Origin: Lama guanicoe
Taxonomy: Eukaryota
Length of the DNA: 64,000 nucleotides
Assembly: GCA_013239625.1 (NCBI GenBank)
Contig: MU054001.1
Span: 6,187,078 to 6,251,077 of the forward strand
Direction of reading: 5' to 3'
Shown: positions 13,591-27,684 of the stretch, piece by piece
Layout: each line of letters begins with the position of its first letter
How positions within the stretch are numbered: the stretch's first letter is position 1
The notes under the pieces: generated by a model
The model's database searches: none
The model's input: only the letters and a program-made list of their open reading frames with translations
Told to the model about the DNA's origin: nothing
Translations under genes and position numbers: made by a program

Positions 13591-13849
13591 GTGACACTGT
13601 GATCTTGCTGGATTAGAACCAGATCTTGGGGACCAGGGTCACTCCTCTCCCTGACTCCATATTCCTCAACCTCCACCACCCCTGGGAAGGTGGCTTTAGT
13701 GAAAGCCAGCTCCTCCCACCCTACCCCTGGGAAGGAGCCACTATAAGAACTTCTTCTCCAGTCTCAAAGGTGATTTTTAATAGAAATTGTCAACAGCTTA
13801 AGAGGTTAAGTAGCCATGTGCCGAGCAAAGCCACTTCCTGGCTTTGATG

Positions 13850-14225
13850 TAAGTGGGTGTTAAGGTTAAGGTCCCCCACTGTTATTGTGTTACTGTCAAT
13901 TTCTCCCTTTATGTCTGTTATATTTCTCTTATATATTTGAGGTGCTCCTATGTTAAGTGCATATATATTTACAATTGTCGTGTCTTCATGGATTGATCCC
14001 TTGATCATTATGTAGTGACCATCTTTGTCTCTTGTAACAGTCTTTATTTTAAAGTCTATTTTGTCTGACATAAATATTGCTACTCCATCTTTCTTTTGAT
14101 ATTCATTTGTGTGGGATACCTTTTTCTATCCTCTCACTTTTAGTCTGCATGTGTCTTTAGATCTGAAGTGAGTCTTATAGGCAGCAAATATACGGGTCTT
14201 GTCTTGTATCCATTCAGCCAGTCTA
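13850..14225 (-). mobile_element. L1 ORF2 endonuclease-domain fragment, inverted relative to the adjacent L1 3' part
   Basis: ORF 13790-14071 reads SDKIDFKIKTVTRDKDGHYIMIKGSIHEDTTIVNIYALNIGAP...TITVGDLN, the L1 APE-like endonuclease. Confidence 0.92.
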
Positions 14226-15866
14226 TATAACATGTCCTTGGATTGGAAGAATCAATATTGTTAAATGGCCATGTGACCCAAGGCAATATACCGACTCAGT
14301 GAAATCTCCATCAAATTACCACTGGTATTTTTCACAGAACTAGAAGAAAAACTTGTTAAATTTGTGTGGAAACACAAAAGACTTCAAATAGCCAAAACAA
14401 CATTGAGAAAAAAGAATAAAGCTGGAGGAATCATACTCCCCGACTTCTGACAACACTACAAAGCTACAGTAACAAAAACATTATGGTACTGGCACAAAAA
14501 CATTCACACTGATCAATGGAACAGGATAGAAATAAACCCATATCTTTTGGTCAATTAATCAATGGCAAAGGAAGCAAGACTATACAATGGAAAAAAGACT
14601 CTCTTCAATAAGTGATGCTGGCAAAACTGGACAGCTACATGTAAAAGAATGAAATTAGAACATCCTCTAACACCATATACAAAAATAAACTCAAAATGGA
14701 TTAAATACTAAATGTAAGACCAGATACTCAAACTCCTAGAGGTAAACATAGAACATTCTTTGACAAAAATTGCAGCAATATTTTTTGGATCCATCTCCTA
14801 GAATAATGGAAATAAAAGCAAAAATAAGTAAATGGGATCTTATTAAACTTAAAAGCTTTTGCACAGCAAAGGAAACCATAAAAAAAAATGAAAAGGCAAC
14901 ATAAGGACTGGGAGAAAATATTTGGAAACGATGAGACCTACAAAGGGTTAATTTCCAAAATATACAAACAACTCATACAGCTTAATATCAAAGAGCAAAT
15001 AACCAGTCAGAAAATGGGCAGAGGACCTAAATAGACATTTCTCCAGGGAAGACATATAGATGGCCAACAGGCACACGAAAAGATGCTCAACATTGCTAAT
15101 TATTAGAGAAATGCAAATAAAACTACAATGAGGTATCACCACACACCAGTCAGAATGGCCATCATTAAAAAGTCTACAAGCTGGAGAAAGTGTGGAGAAA
15201 AAGGAATCCTACTACTTGGTTTGTGGAAATGTAAATTGCTGCAGCCACTAAGGAGAACAGTATGGACAGTCCTTAAAATACTAAAGATAGAGTTACCATA
15301 TGACCCAGCAATCCCAATCCTGGGCATTTATCTGGAGAAAACTCTAACTCAAAAAGATACATGCACCCAATGACAAATGAATGGATAAAGAAGACATGGT
15401 ACATGTATGTGTATATATAATGGAATATTACTCAGCCATAAAAATGAATGAAATAATACTATTTGCAGCAACATGGATGGACCCAGAGATTATCATTTTT
15501 AAGTGAAGTAAGTCAGACAGAGAAAAAGTAATCAAAAAAAAGATACAAATTTTTCTTACAAACCAGAAATAGACTCATGGACATAGAAAACAAACTGTGG
15601 TTACCAAAGTGGAAAAGGGGTTGGGGAGAGTGATAAATTAGGAGTTTGTGATTAACATGTACACACCACTATATATAAAATGATAAACAATGAAGACCTA
15701 TTGTATAGCACAGGTGCCTATAATCAATACTTTGTAATAACCTATAATAGAAAAGAATATATTATACATATATAAGTAATTGAATCGCTTTGCTATACAT
15801 CTGAAACTAACACAATGGTGTAAATCAACTATACTTCAATTAAAAAATAAAAATAAAAATAAAAAT
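14226..15866 (+). mobile_element. L1 3' portion (decayed ORF2 C-terminal part, 3'UTR, A-rich tail)
   Basis: tggattggaagaatcaatattg (WIGRINI), [13 protein letters not shown]...[14 protein letters not shown]; ends aattaaaaaataaaaataaaaataaaaat. Confidence 0.93.
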
Positions 15867-15884
15867 GAACCAATGTACTAGTTT

Positions 15885-16131
15885 GATGGCAACTGGGCAG
15901 ATGGAATTCTCTCTTACTCAAAGAAGAATCAGCTTTTTTGTTCTATCAGGCCTTCAACTGACTGGATGAGGCTCACCCACATTTAGGGCATCAATCTATT
16001 TTACTCAGTTGATCAATTTTTATGTTAATCTCATCCATAAGCACCTTCACAGAAGCACCCAGGATAATTTTAATCAAATATCTGAGCATCTCATGGCCCA
16101 GTCAAGTTGATACCTAAAATTAGCCATCACA
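15885..16131 (-). mobile_element. ERVL LTR fragment (MLT2B-like, 5' part)
   Basis: ggcccagtcaagttgatacctaaaattagccatcaca is the reverse complement of the MLT2 5' terminus. Confidence 0.8.
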
Positions 16132-16249
16132 ACTCTGTTCATTCAGCCCTCTGAGTGATTCTGAGATCCAGCTACAGCTCTTAATAAGTGTCTTTTCCTT
16201 CAACTAGCTTAGTGTGACTAGGCATTTCAACCAGTAAAGTGAACCACAA

Positions 16250-17400
16250 AAGTGATGGCTTCAACGTCAAAAATCCTCAAGGGAATGAGAATATGGGAGT
16301 GACTAACTCACATGCTTGAGTTTGAAGACAGTGAAGATTTAAGGATAATTGGAAATGGTCCTTGGCTCCAGCGATAAAAGTGATGTGGCCACTTGGAATC
16401 AAAGGCCTACTGAAATCAAGACTTCGGTGGATGGAATGGCTGATGGGGTATATCACCATGAGCTCAAGAAGACTGCAAGGCGTTTCTCACTGTAGTAGAA
16501 AACTTACAGCAAAAAAAATTACAGGCTCTGAGTTAGGTTTATTCCAAGGCATGGTAGAAGAGTTTTAATAACTGCTACAAAAGAATCTTATTTTGTAATA
16601 TCCACAAGGCGGACATAAGCAAAAATAAGAAGTGAAGTCTGGCCCTGTGGGCTGCTGAATTCATACTCTTTTCTGATCCTTTATGTGAAAATTACGGCAC
16701 TGAGTGAGGCGGAAATGGCACCTTGAGGATTGAATTGGCAATATTTGGGAGGAGTTAGTTGACTCTTGAGTATTCTAAACCCCCAAACCCCACTGACACC
16801 CTGTTTGCTGCAGAAACAGCCATTTCTACTCTATCTTAACTTGTGATGCCTCAGCTGAGGACCCCATAATGACCTCACATTGCAAGGGGACATTAATTCT
16901 CCTTGGATCTCATACCCAATGCCTCTCACTGCACTTAGGCTGAACTCCAGATCAATCTCGGGTCAGATCAAACTCAAAATCCAATCCAGGAGAAGGCCAA
17001 AACACTCAAAAAATAACTGCAGCAAAACCCTGGAAGATACGTATGAAATGAATTCTGAAGGTACTCAGCACAGAAGGCAGAAGTTGACCTAGTTCAGTCT
17101 GCATCTCTCATTGTGGATGTGCTCACCAGAGACTGAATTCAATGCACTAACTACAGCTCCTTGTGGTTCTAAATGTTTGCCTGTTCGGTTGAGTAAAACT
17201 AGACTACACGGTGACCTGCACTGAATGTAGTGTAAGTGCCAGACATTTCTTGGTACAATACAGAAGAAATCCACATACATAGAAAGATAAGAGTGTTGGA
17301 ATATATTTATCGTGTGTGACCTGCCCACCCAACCCTTCACTATATTTTTCAAGAGAGCCCAGAGGACACTTCCTTCACTAAAGGCATTGAGAAGGCACTG
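16250..17400 (+). mobile_element. ERV-L internal region, decayed gag
   Basis: Conceptual reading gives ERV-L gag-like motifs: gtgttggaatatatttatcgtgtg (cf. MLEWIYHV) and gagagcccagaggacacttccttcactaaggcattgaga (ESPEDTSFTKALR). Confidence 0.7.
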
Positions 17401-17404
17401 TAGT

Positions 17405-18830
17405 TCCACATGCCCAAACCTTGAATCAGACTCAACTCCTCTTTCTCTCCCATCCCGTATCTAATCCATGAGCAAATCACGTTGGCTTTGCCTTGAAAAT
17501 CCATCCAAAATCCAAACACATCTCATCATGACTACTGCTGTGTCTCTCCTGGATTACTGCAGTAGGAAACCTGATTGGTCTCCCTGCTTCTTCTGTTGTT
17601 GATCTTCTTCATGCTGCCCTCCAAATAACAACCAGAGGGATCCCATGTTGTGTGCTTTTTCCAATAATAACCAATTCTCCAATTTTCTGACACCAACTGG
17701 GTGTCCTACAATTCTATTCAATTCTGACACCAACCACCCAGAGTTAGTACAGACCTCACAGGGGAAGACTTCATTCCCACAAGACTGTTCCCACATCAGA
17801 AACCATCTACAAATGGAGTCCTCAGGATACCTACACTTCTGTCTGGCCAACTACAAGTTTGAGGGTTCCCATGATCTGCCCCCTCACTCAAATTTGATAA
17901 CTGGCTAGAATGACTCACAGAACTCAGAAAAGCACTTTGCTAAACTAGTGCCGTTTTATTATAAAGGATGTATATTGGGAGCAGCCAAAAGGAGCAGATG
18001 CATAGGGCAAGGTATTGGGGGATGTGGGGTGAAAGGTGGAGTATCACAGTGCTTTCGTGCTCTGTCCAGGCCCTCCACCTTCTCAGCAGTGTGGTCACCA
18101 ATCTGGAAGCTCCCCTAGCCAAAGTATTTTAGAGTTTTAATAAAGGTTTCATTGTGTGGGCACGATTAATTAAATCAATGGCCAATCTCCAACCCCACCC
18201 ACTTTCCTCCCCAGAGGTGACGGGAGTGGGGAAGTGAGGCTGGAATTTCAAAACATCTAATCTTGGGAGTGTGACCAGCCCTTATCCGGAAGTCATCTAG
18301 CCACCCTGCCCCCATCCCTCATCCCCACCCCTACCATAAGTCATTTCATTAACATACAAAAGACACTCCTATCACTCAGAAAATTCCAAGGGCTTTAAGA
18401 GACAAAGACCAAATTTATTTTTTATTATACCACATTCTGCTAAACTGCCAGCTATATCATGTCACAGCTCTATTCAAAACCCTCATTTCTTTCAGAATGA
18501 AAGCCAAAATCCCTACAATAGCCCACATAACAATATATTCTGGCCCCACTGCCCTTCTCTTAACTAATTCCCTTCCACCCACAAAGATCTCTAATATGCT
18601 AGGCAGGTTCCCACTACAAGCTTCTGTACAGTTGCTGTTTCCTTTGACCAGAAGATTATTTTCTCAAATGTCGTCTGAGTAGTGAGGTCTCATCTAATCT
18701 CCCTATTTAAATTGTAACTCTCCCCCAACACTCCAAATTCACCTTCGGTGCTTTATTTTCTTCCAAACCACAAATTACTAACTTGCAAACTATATGTCCT
18801 AATTTGTTTATTATCTGACTCTCCCCATGA
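17405..18830 (+). mobile_element. L2 3' region, interrupted by an LTR at ~17646-18433
   Basis: atctaatccatgagcaaatcacgttggctttgccttgaaaat...ctggattactgcagtag; resumes atcatgtcacagctctattcaaaaccctc. Confidence 0.75.
17646..18433 (-). mobile_element. LTR (MER21-like)
   Basis: gacaccaactgggtgtcctacaattctattcaattctgacacc...aattccaagggctttaaga...ttattataccaca. Confidence 0.8.
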
Positions 18831-18834
18831 GAAT

Positions 18835-20071
18835 GCATTAATTTTTCCTTGCAGTTCTATCAGTTTTTGCCTCATGTATTTTGATGCTTTGTTGTTAGGC
18901 TCATATACATTAAGGACTGTTATATCTCCTGGAGAATTTTCCCCATTATCATTATATACCACATCTCTTTCTCCACGATAGTTTTCCTTGCTCTGAAGTC
19001 TGCTTTCTCTCAAATTCGTATAGCTGCTCCAGCTTTCAATAGTGTTAGGGATATCTTTCTCCATTCTTCTACTTTTTTTCCTTCTTTTTGATTGTGTTAA
19101 AAACCACAACATAAAATTTACCATCTTCACCATTTTTAAGTGCACTGTTCAGTTGTGTTAAATATATTCAATTTGTTGTGCAATAGATCTCCAGAACTTT
19201 TTCATCTTGCAAAACTGAAACTTCATACCGATTAAACAAATTCCCATTTCCCCCTCCCCCTTGTCCTGGTTACCACTGAATGATGCTTTCTGCTTCTGTT
19301 ACTTTCTGTTTCTATGAATTTGACTCCTTTAAATACCTTATATAAGTGGAATCATAAATTATTTGTCTTTTTGTGATTAGCTATTTCACTTAGCGTTATG
19401 TCCTCAAGAATCATCTATATTGTAGCATGTGACGGGATTTTCTTATAAGGCTGAATGATATTCCATTGTGTGTATATACCATATTTGTTTATCTGTTATT
19501 TCTCAGTATTTTATTATTTTTCATACTATCATAAATAGAATTGATTTTCTTGGTTTCCTTTTCTGACTGTTCATTATTAGTGTCAAGAAATGCTGTACTG
19601 ATTTTTATGTGTTGGTTTTGTATCCTACAACGTTTTTGAATTCATTTATTAGTTCTAGTAAGTTTTTTGTGGCATCTTTGGAGGTTTCTACATATAAGAG
19701 CACGTGATCTGTGAACAGAGATAATTTTACTTCTTCCTTTACCATTTGGATGCCTTTCTTCCTCCTTCTTGACTAATTGCTCTGGCCAGGACTTCAATAT
19801 TATGTTGAATAAAAGTGGCAAGAATGGACATCACTGTCTTGCCCCTAATCTTAGAGAAAAAGTTTTCAGTCTTTCATCATTGAATATGATGTTAGCTGCA
19901 GGTTTTTATACATGATCCATTCCTTTATTTTTAACCTATTTGTGCTTTTATATTAAAAAAACCTTTTTTTATAGACCACATATAGTTGGATCATCTTTTT
20001 TTTTTAATCCATTCTCATAGTCTCTATCGTTTCATTGGCATGTTTAGACTGTTCACATTTAAAGTGGTTAT
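18835..20071 (-). mobile_element. Old L1 (L1MC/MD-like) ORF2 N-terminus/endonuclease, with a nested L1MB-like piece at ~19085-19910
   Basis: ORF 18753-19145 contains DITVLNVYEPNNKASKYMRQKLIELQGKI; minus strand at 20071 reads ITTLNVNSLN; the nested piece starts with an L1 3'-end motif attgtgttaaaaaccacaacataaaatttaccatc. Confidence 0.78.
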
Positions 20072-22898
<2,827 letters not shown>

Positions 22899-22899
22899 C

Positions 22900-24255
22900 A
22901 GGTACTTTTTCAGCCAGATTTTTTCTCCCTCCTTTGGAGACTCTGATGACACTAATGTTAAATCTTTTATTATATTCTCATAGGTCCCTGAGACTGTTCA
23001 AATATTTTCACCCTATTGTTTAGATTGGGCATTTTCTATTATTCTATCTTCACTTATTCTCTGTTCCCTTCATTCTGCCCTTGATCCCATAAACTGAGGG
23101 GCCTTTTTTAGTTCTCACATTTTTCAGTTCTAAAAGCTGCGTTTAGCTGCTTTTTATGTTTTCTATTTCTTTGCTGATGTTTTCAATGTTTCTCTTACTA
23201 CATAATTCATAATGAATTAATACTTGCTCATTGAGGCATTTTTCTCTGCCTGCTTTGAAATATTTGTCAGTTAATTCTAAACTTTCTGTCATTTTGGTGT
23301 TGACATGTGTTGATTGTATTTTCATTCAGTTTGAGATCTTTCTGGTTCTTCTTGGTATAATGAGTGATTTTTGGTATAATGAGTGATTTCAGGATATTAT
23401 TTAGTTTTTTTCAGTTGGATTTTTCTGACACTGCTCTCTCAGGATGAGTAGGGGCAGTGCCTTGTTACTACCAGCTGGGAGCAGAAGTCCAGGTTCCCTT
23501 CAGCCTCCACTGACACCTGTGCATTGAGGGCTCCTCCTTACTGCTGAGCAGGAGTGAGAGTGCCAGCTCCCCACATGGTCTCCATTGACACTGTTGTCAG
23601 AGAAGCTTCATTACCACTGGGCTACAGTAAAAGTCCTGGCTCTGCCCTAGTCCTGCTTTGCTACCTCCCAATGGGAAGGGGAGGGGAGCCGTGTAACTGC
23701 TGGGTGTTGTGCAAGTCTTTGTTTCCCACTTGATCTCCATTGGCACCACAGAGGCTGGCCTCATTACCTGCTAGCAGGTGTGAAGTCCCACATTCCTACT
23801 TGGCCTTCCCTGACACCACCTCTTTGGGGGTAATGTTGGGGTACCTCTGTACAGCCTCATGATGGTAGAAGTCTAGGCTCCCCTCTAGGCTTCCATGACT
23901 TTGATGACATGGGTGAGGATAAGGGCCATAATTTTTTTCCATGGTTTTTTGCTGGAGTAGAGCAGTTACTGTCTGCTTCCTATCTTCCTAGGCTGCCCCT
24001 GTCCAGGACTTTGCTGGGATTTTTTTTTTTTTTGGTCTGCACCCATTATTATTTCCAGGTTGCCAAGTCTGGGATATATGAAGTCAAAAGAAAACAAGAG
24101 AACCCATCATCATGTTGCCCAGAGGTCCTTAACCCGTCTGCCTTCTTCACTCAGTGTTTCTGCATCTTCTTGTGTTTGCTTTATATATAATGTTCAGGGA
24201 CTTTAGCTCTACTTTGAAAGGAGACTAGAGATAAGTACATCTATTCATCTTGGTG
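22900..24255 (-). mobile_element. Old L1 (L1MC/MD-like) ORF1 N-terminal part and 5'UTR
   Basis: ORF 23143-23325 (NTKMTESLELTDKYFKA...IENISKEIENIK) is ORF1-like; ctcataggtccctgagactg is the reverse of QSLRDLW-like sequence. Confidence 0.7.
23352..23389. repeat. Perfect 19-bp tandem duplication
   Basis: ttggtataatgagtgattt x2. Confidence 0.95.
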
Positions 24256-24261
24256 GAAGAA

Positions 24262-25010
24262 CCAATTTTGCCCACTTTAAAAATGAGTTTATCTTAGTAT
24301 TGTGTTGTAAGTGTTCTTAAAATTTTCTGGATAAGTGTCCTTTTTTATTTTTTTTTCAATTTTTTATTGCCAATTTTTCTTTCAATCTGTGGCTTGCTTT
24401 CTAGTTTTCTTAAGAGGATCTTTTTTTTAACATTTTTTATTGATTTATAATCATTTTACAATGTTGTGTCAAATTCCAGCATTCAGCACAATTTTTCAGT
24501 CATTCGTGGACATATACACACTCATTGTCACATTTTGAAGAGTGAATGGTTTTAATTATGATGAATTTGAATTTATGATTTTATATTGTTTTTATGTCAT
24601 ATTTAAGAAATTTTCCCAAAGTAGCTAAGATTTCCTTGCAGGTTTTCTTCCAGAAGTTTTATTATTGTAGGTTTTACATTTAGGTATATAATCCATTTTG
24701 TGTTATAATCCATTTTTTGTATTTGCATATGGTGTGAAGTAAAATTCAAGGGTCTTCATTACCCTATAAGGATATCCAGTTCCTCCAGCACAATTTGTGA
24801 GAAATTAAATGGCCGTATATATGTGGGTCTGTCTGGACTCTGTTCTGTTACACTATTCTTTACATGGTCTTCAGGTCAGTACCACACCATTTTGATTCCT
24901 GAACCTTTATAGTAAGTCTAGAATTCAAGTAATTAAATCCTTTCCCTTTGTTCTTTTCCTTCAGAACAATTTTTGTTATTTTAAGTCCTTTGCATTTTGA
25001 CATAAGCTTT
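24262..25010 (-). mobile_element. Old L1 ORF2 3' region, with a short young L1 3'-end insertion at ~24420-24535
   Basis: ttttcttccagaagttttattattgtaggttttacatttaggt...; nested ttttttttaacattttttattgatttataatcattttacaatgttgtgtc. Confidence 0.75.
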
Positions 25011-25158
25011 TTTCTCCCATTTTTCAGTTTTATTAGATAGAATTGTTACAATTTGACTGCACATATACAATATATTGCATGCAAATACATATACACAATA
25101 TACTGCACATATTTTTTAAATTTACATATATGTACTGTTCATTGTTTCTAAGAATGTT

Positions 25159-25175
25159 TAGAGCTTTAGCTTTTT
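25159..25175 (+). repeat. Target-site duplication, left copy (TAGAGCTTTAGCTTTTT)
   Basis: Identical 17-mer at 27619-27635. Confidence 0.95.
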
Positions 25176-25896
25176 TTTATTATTGAAATATAGTCAGTTT
25201 ACAATGTTGTGTCAATTTCTGGTGTACAGCACAATGCTCAGTCATACATGAACTACATAGATTTGTTTTCATATTCTTTTTCTCCACAGGTTACTACAAG
25301 ATATTGAATATAGTTCCCTGTGCTAAACAGTATGAACTTGTTGTTTATCTATTATATATATATTAATTAGTATCTACAAAACTCAAACTCCCAATTTATT
25401 CCTTCCCACCTCCTTCCCCACCCCTAGTAACCATAAGTTTGTTCTCTATGTCTGTGAGTCTGTTTCTGTTTTGTAAATGTTTGTCTTTTTTTTTTTTTTA
25501 GATTCCATATTTAAATGATATCATATGGTATTTTACTGGTTTAATAAATTTCTTTTGTATTAGCTTGGTTTCTTTTTGGCTTTTGTGACTCTGTTATATG
25601 CTTTTGATTTGTGGTTACCTTGTTTTTCAAGTATATTAGCCCCTTACTATATCTGTTTGCTTTAGACTGGTAGTCATGTAGGCTCAAACACATTCTGGAA
25701 AAAAAAAGAGAAAAAAGAAAAAAAAGTGAGAGGAAAAACAATCTATATTTTCTTGTTCCCCTTTACCACCATTTAGGATTTTGATGTCTTTTTTTTTTTT
25801 TTTACATCTTCATGTTTATTCTCTTGGAACTCATTGTAGTTATCACATTTCCAATTATACTTTTCTCATTTCTATGTCTTCCTGCTTCTTTTCTAT

Positions 25897-26785
25897 TTAG
25901 AGTGGACCTTTCAACACTTCTTTTAGCATAGGTTTAGCATTGTTGAATTCTTTTAGTTTTTGCTTCTGTGGAATTCTTTATCACTCCTTCTACTCTAAAG
26001 GATAGTCTTGCTGGATAGAGTATCCTAGGTTGCAGCTTTTTCTCATTCAAGACTTTGAGTATATCTTACCAATTTCTTCTGGCCTGCAGTGTTTGCATAG
26101 AGAAATCAGCTGAGAGCCTTATGAGGGTTCCCCTGTAGCTAACTCTGTTTTTCTCTTGCTGCCTTTAGAATCATTTCTTTATCTTTAACTTTGGCCATCT
26201 TAATTATAATATGTCTTGGTGTAGGTCTATAAGGGTTCCTCTTGTTTGGGACCCTCTGTGCTTCCTGTGCTTGGATATCTATTTCCTTCTTTAAGCTTGG
26301 AAAGTTTTCAGTCATGATTTCTTCAAATACCTTTTCATTTCCTTTTTCTCTTTCTTCTCCTTCTGGGACTCCTATTATGCATAGGTTGGCACACTTTATA
26401 TTATCCCATAGGTCCCTCATATTGCTTCATTGTTTTTACTTGCTTTTCTGTCTGCTGTTGTGATTGGGTGACTTCTGTTATCCTGTCTTCTAAATTACTT
26501 ATTCTTCCCTCTGCATTATCTGGTCTCCTTTTGACTGCCTTTAGTTTGGCTATCGTCTCAGCCATTAAGTTTTTTCATTTTTAACTGGCTCCTCTTTATA
26601 GTTTCTATTTCCTTTTTAAAGTATTCTCTGATGCTGTTTACAGTCTCTATTATTTCCTTCAGTAGTCTTCTTATCTCTCTTTTGAAGTCATGATCTAGTA
26701 GATTGTAGAGGTCAATCTCATTGTTCATTCTTCCAGAGGATTGCTCTTGTTCCTTTAATTGGGAGTGGTTGCTCTGCATCTTCAT
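25897..26785 (-). pseudogene. L1 ORF1 (RNA-binding protein), frameshifted
   Basis: ORFs 26558-26785 (MKMQSNHSQLKEQE...) and 26139-26420 (RDLWDNIKCANLCIIGVPEGEERE...EEIMTENFP...RPTPRHIIIKM); terminal TAA at 25897-25899. Confidence 0.92.
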
Positions 26786-27255
26786 TTCACTTATATTTCT
26801 CAGCTCTATGATTTAGGATTATCAGTAATCTACTGTGGTCTTGAAGGACTGGTTTTTGTTTGTTTGTTTTTATTTAAAGTGGGACCTTTCTTGTGTAGAC
26901 TGTTCATCTAATAGCTTTGTTGCAGTGGCTGTTCTTAGAATGGATGGTTGCCATGTCTTTCTTCCGTGTGTGGGCTGTTATCCTTTTGATTGGGGGTGTG
27001 GCTGGTGGTGTGATCAGAGCCTGCCCTGATTGTTGTTGTTGAGTGGGGCCTTCTTTTTTGTTCTGTGGTTGTCACAGCCCTGACAGGTGCCAGATCTGCT
27101 CCCTTGTTGCCAGAAAAGAGGCTTCTAGACCCATTTCTGAGCTGTGGTGTGTGGTAGGCAGGGTTGGAGTACTTCAGCTGGGAAGAAGAGTTGCTGAGTG
27201 TACCTCCACAGGAGATGTCCACTGGGAAGTGTTCTCATAACTAACTAGTTTAAAA

Positions 27256-27488
27256 CTAGGTCCAATGACAGTAATAAGTAAGACGTCCTGAAGCTCTGAA
27301 CGTTGAAGAACAGGAAAACTTAATCCATTAAACTGCTTCTGAAGTTCATCAAATAACAGATTTTTCACACACTGTACTGAGGCTAAATGGGTATTTACTT
27401 TGACAGCTGTGAATGATGGAGGGTGTGACAAGCAACTTAGAGTTTCAAACTTCATTTCTGCTTCTTGTTTATCTAAAGCAGATAAAAC
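27256..27488 (-). pseudogene. NSUN6: Intronless NSUN6 fragment (tRNA m5C72 methyltransferase, about residues 26-103)
   Basis: VLSALDKQEAEMKFETLSCLSHPPSFTAVKVNTHLASVQCVKNLLFDELQKQFNGLSFPVLQRSELQDVLLITVIGP aligns with human NSUN6 as I recall it: IVTALGKQEAERKFETLLKHLSHPPSFTTVRVNTHLASVQHVKNLLLDELQKQFNGLSVPILQHPDLQDVLLIPVIGP. Confidence 0.93.
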
Positions 27489-27618
27489 GTCGCAGAGAAA
27501 AAAATGAATGAGAAGCGATCTGTCGTGTACTGGAAACCACACTGGTATCAATTCAGTCAACCTCAGCCTGAAGGCCATACTTCCAAACAGTCGCTCCCTC
27601 TTTCACAGCAGAAAGCCC

Positions 27619-27635
27619 TAGAGCTTTAGCTTTTT
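27619..27635 (+). repeat. Target-site duplication, right copy (TAGAGCTTTAGCTTTTT), followed by AAAC
   Basis: Identical to 25159-25175; the reconstructed empty site contains TTTT/AA. Confidence 0.95.
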
Positions 27636-27684
27636 AAACTTACATAGTTATCAAAGGAATAAAGCTAACCATAAAATAAGAATT

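Larger units (their letters stand above)
25176..27618 (-). mobile_element. Composite retro-insertion: leader + NSUN6 coding sequence + half-L1 (partial 5'UTR, ORF1, spacer, 3'UTR; ORF2 deleted)
   Basis: One 17-bp TSD encloses all parts; TTTT/AA site at 27632-27637; A-rich tail and L1 3'UTR at 25176-25500; ORF1 remnants; NSUN6-like peptide near the 5' end. Confidence 0.9.

Noticed and set aside
27174..27578. Functional NSUN6 gene or genomic exon
   Set aside because: Only ~77 codons match, there is no intron, no catalytic domain, and the piece sits inside a TSD-bounded retro-insertion.
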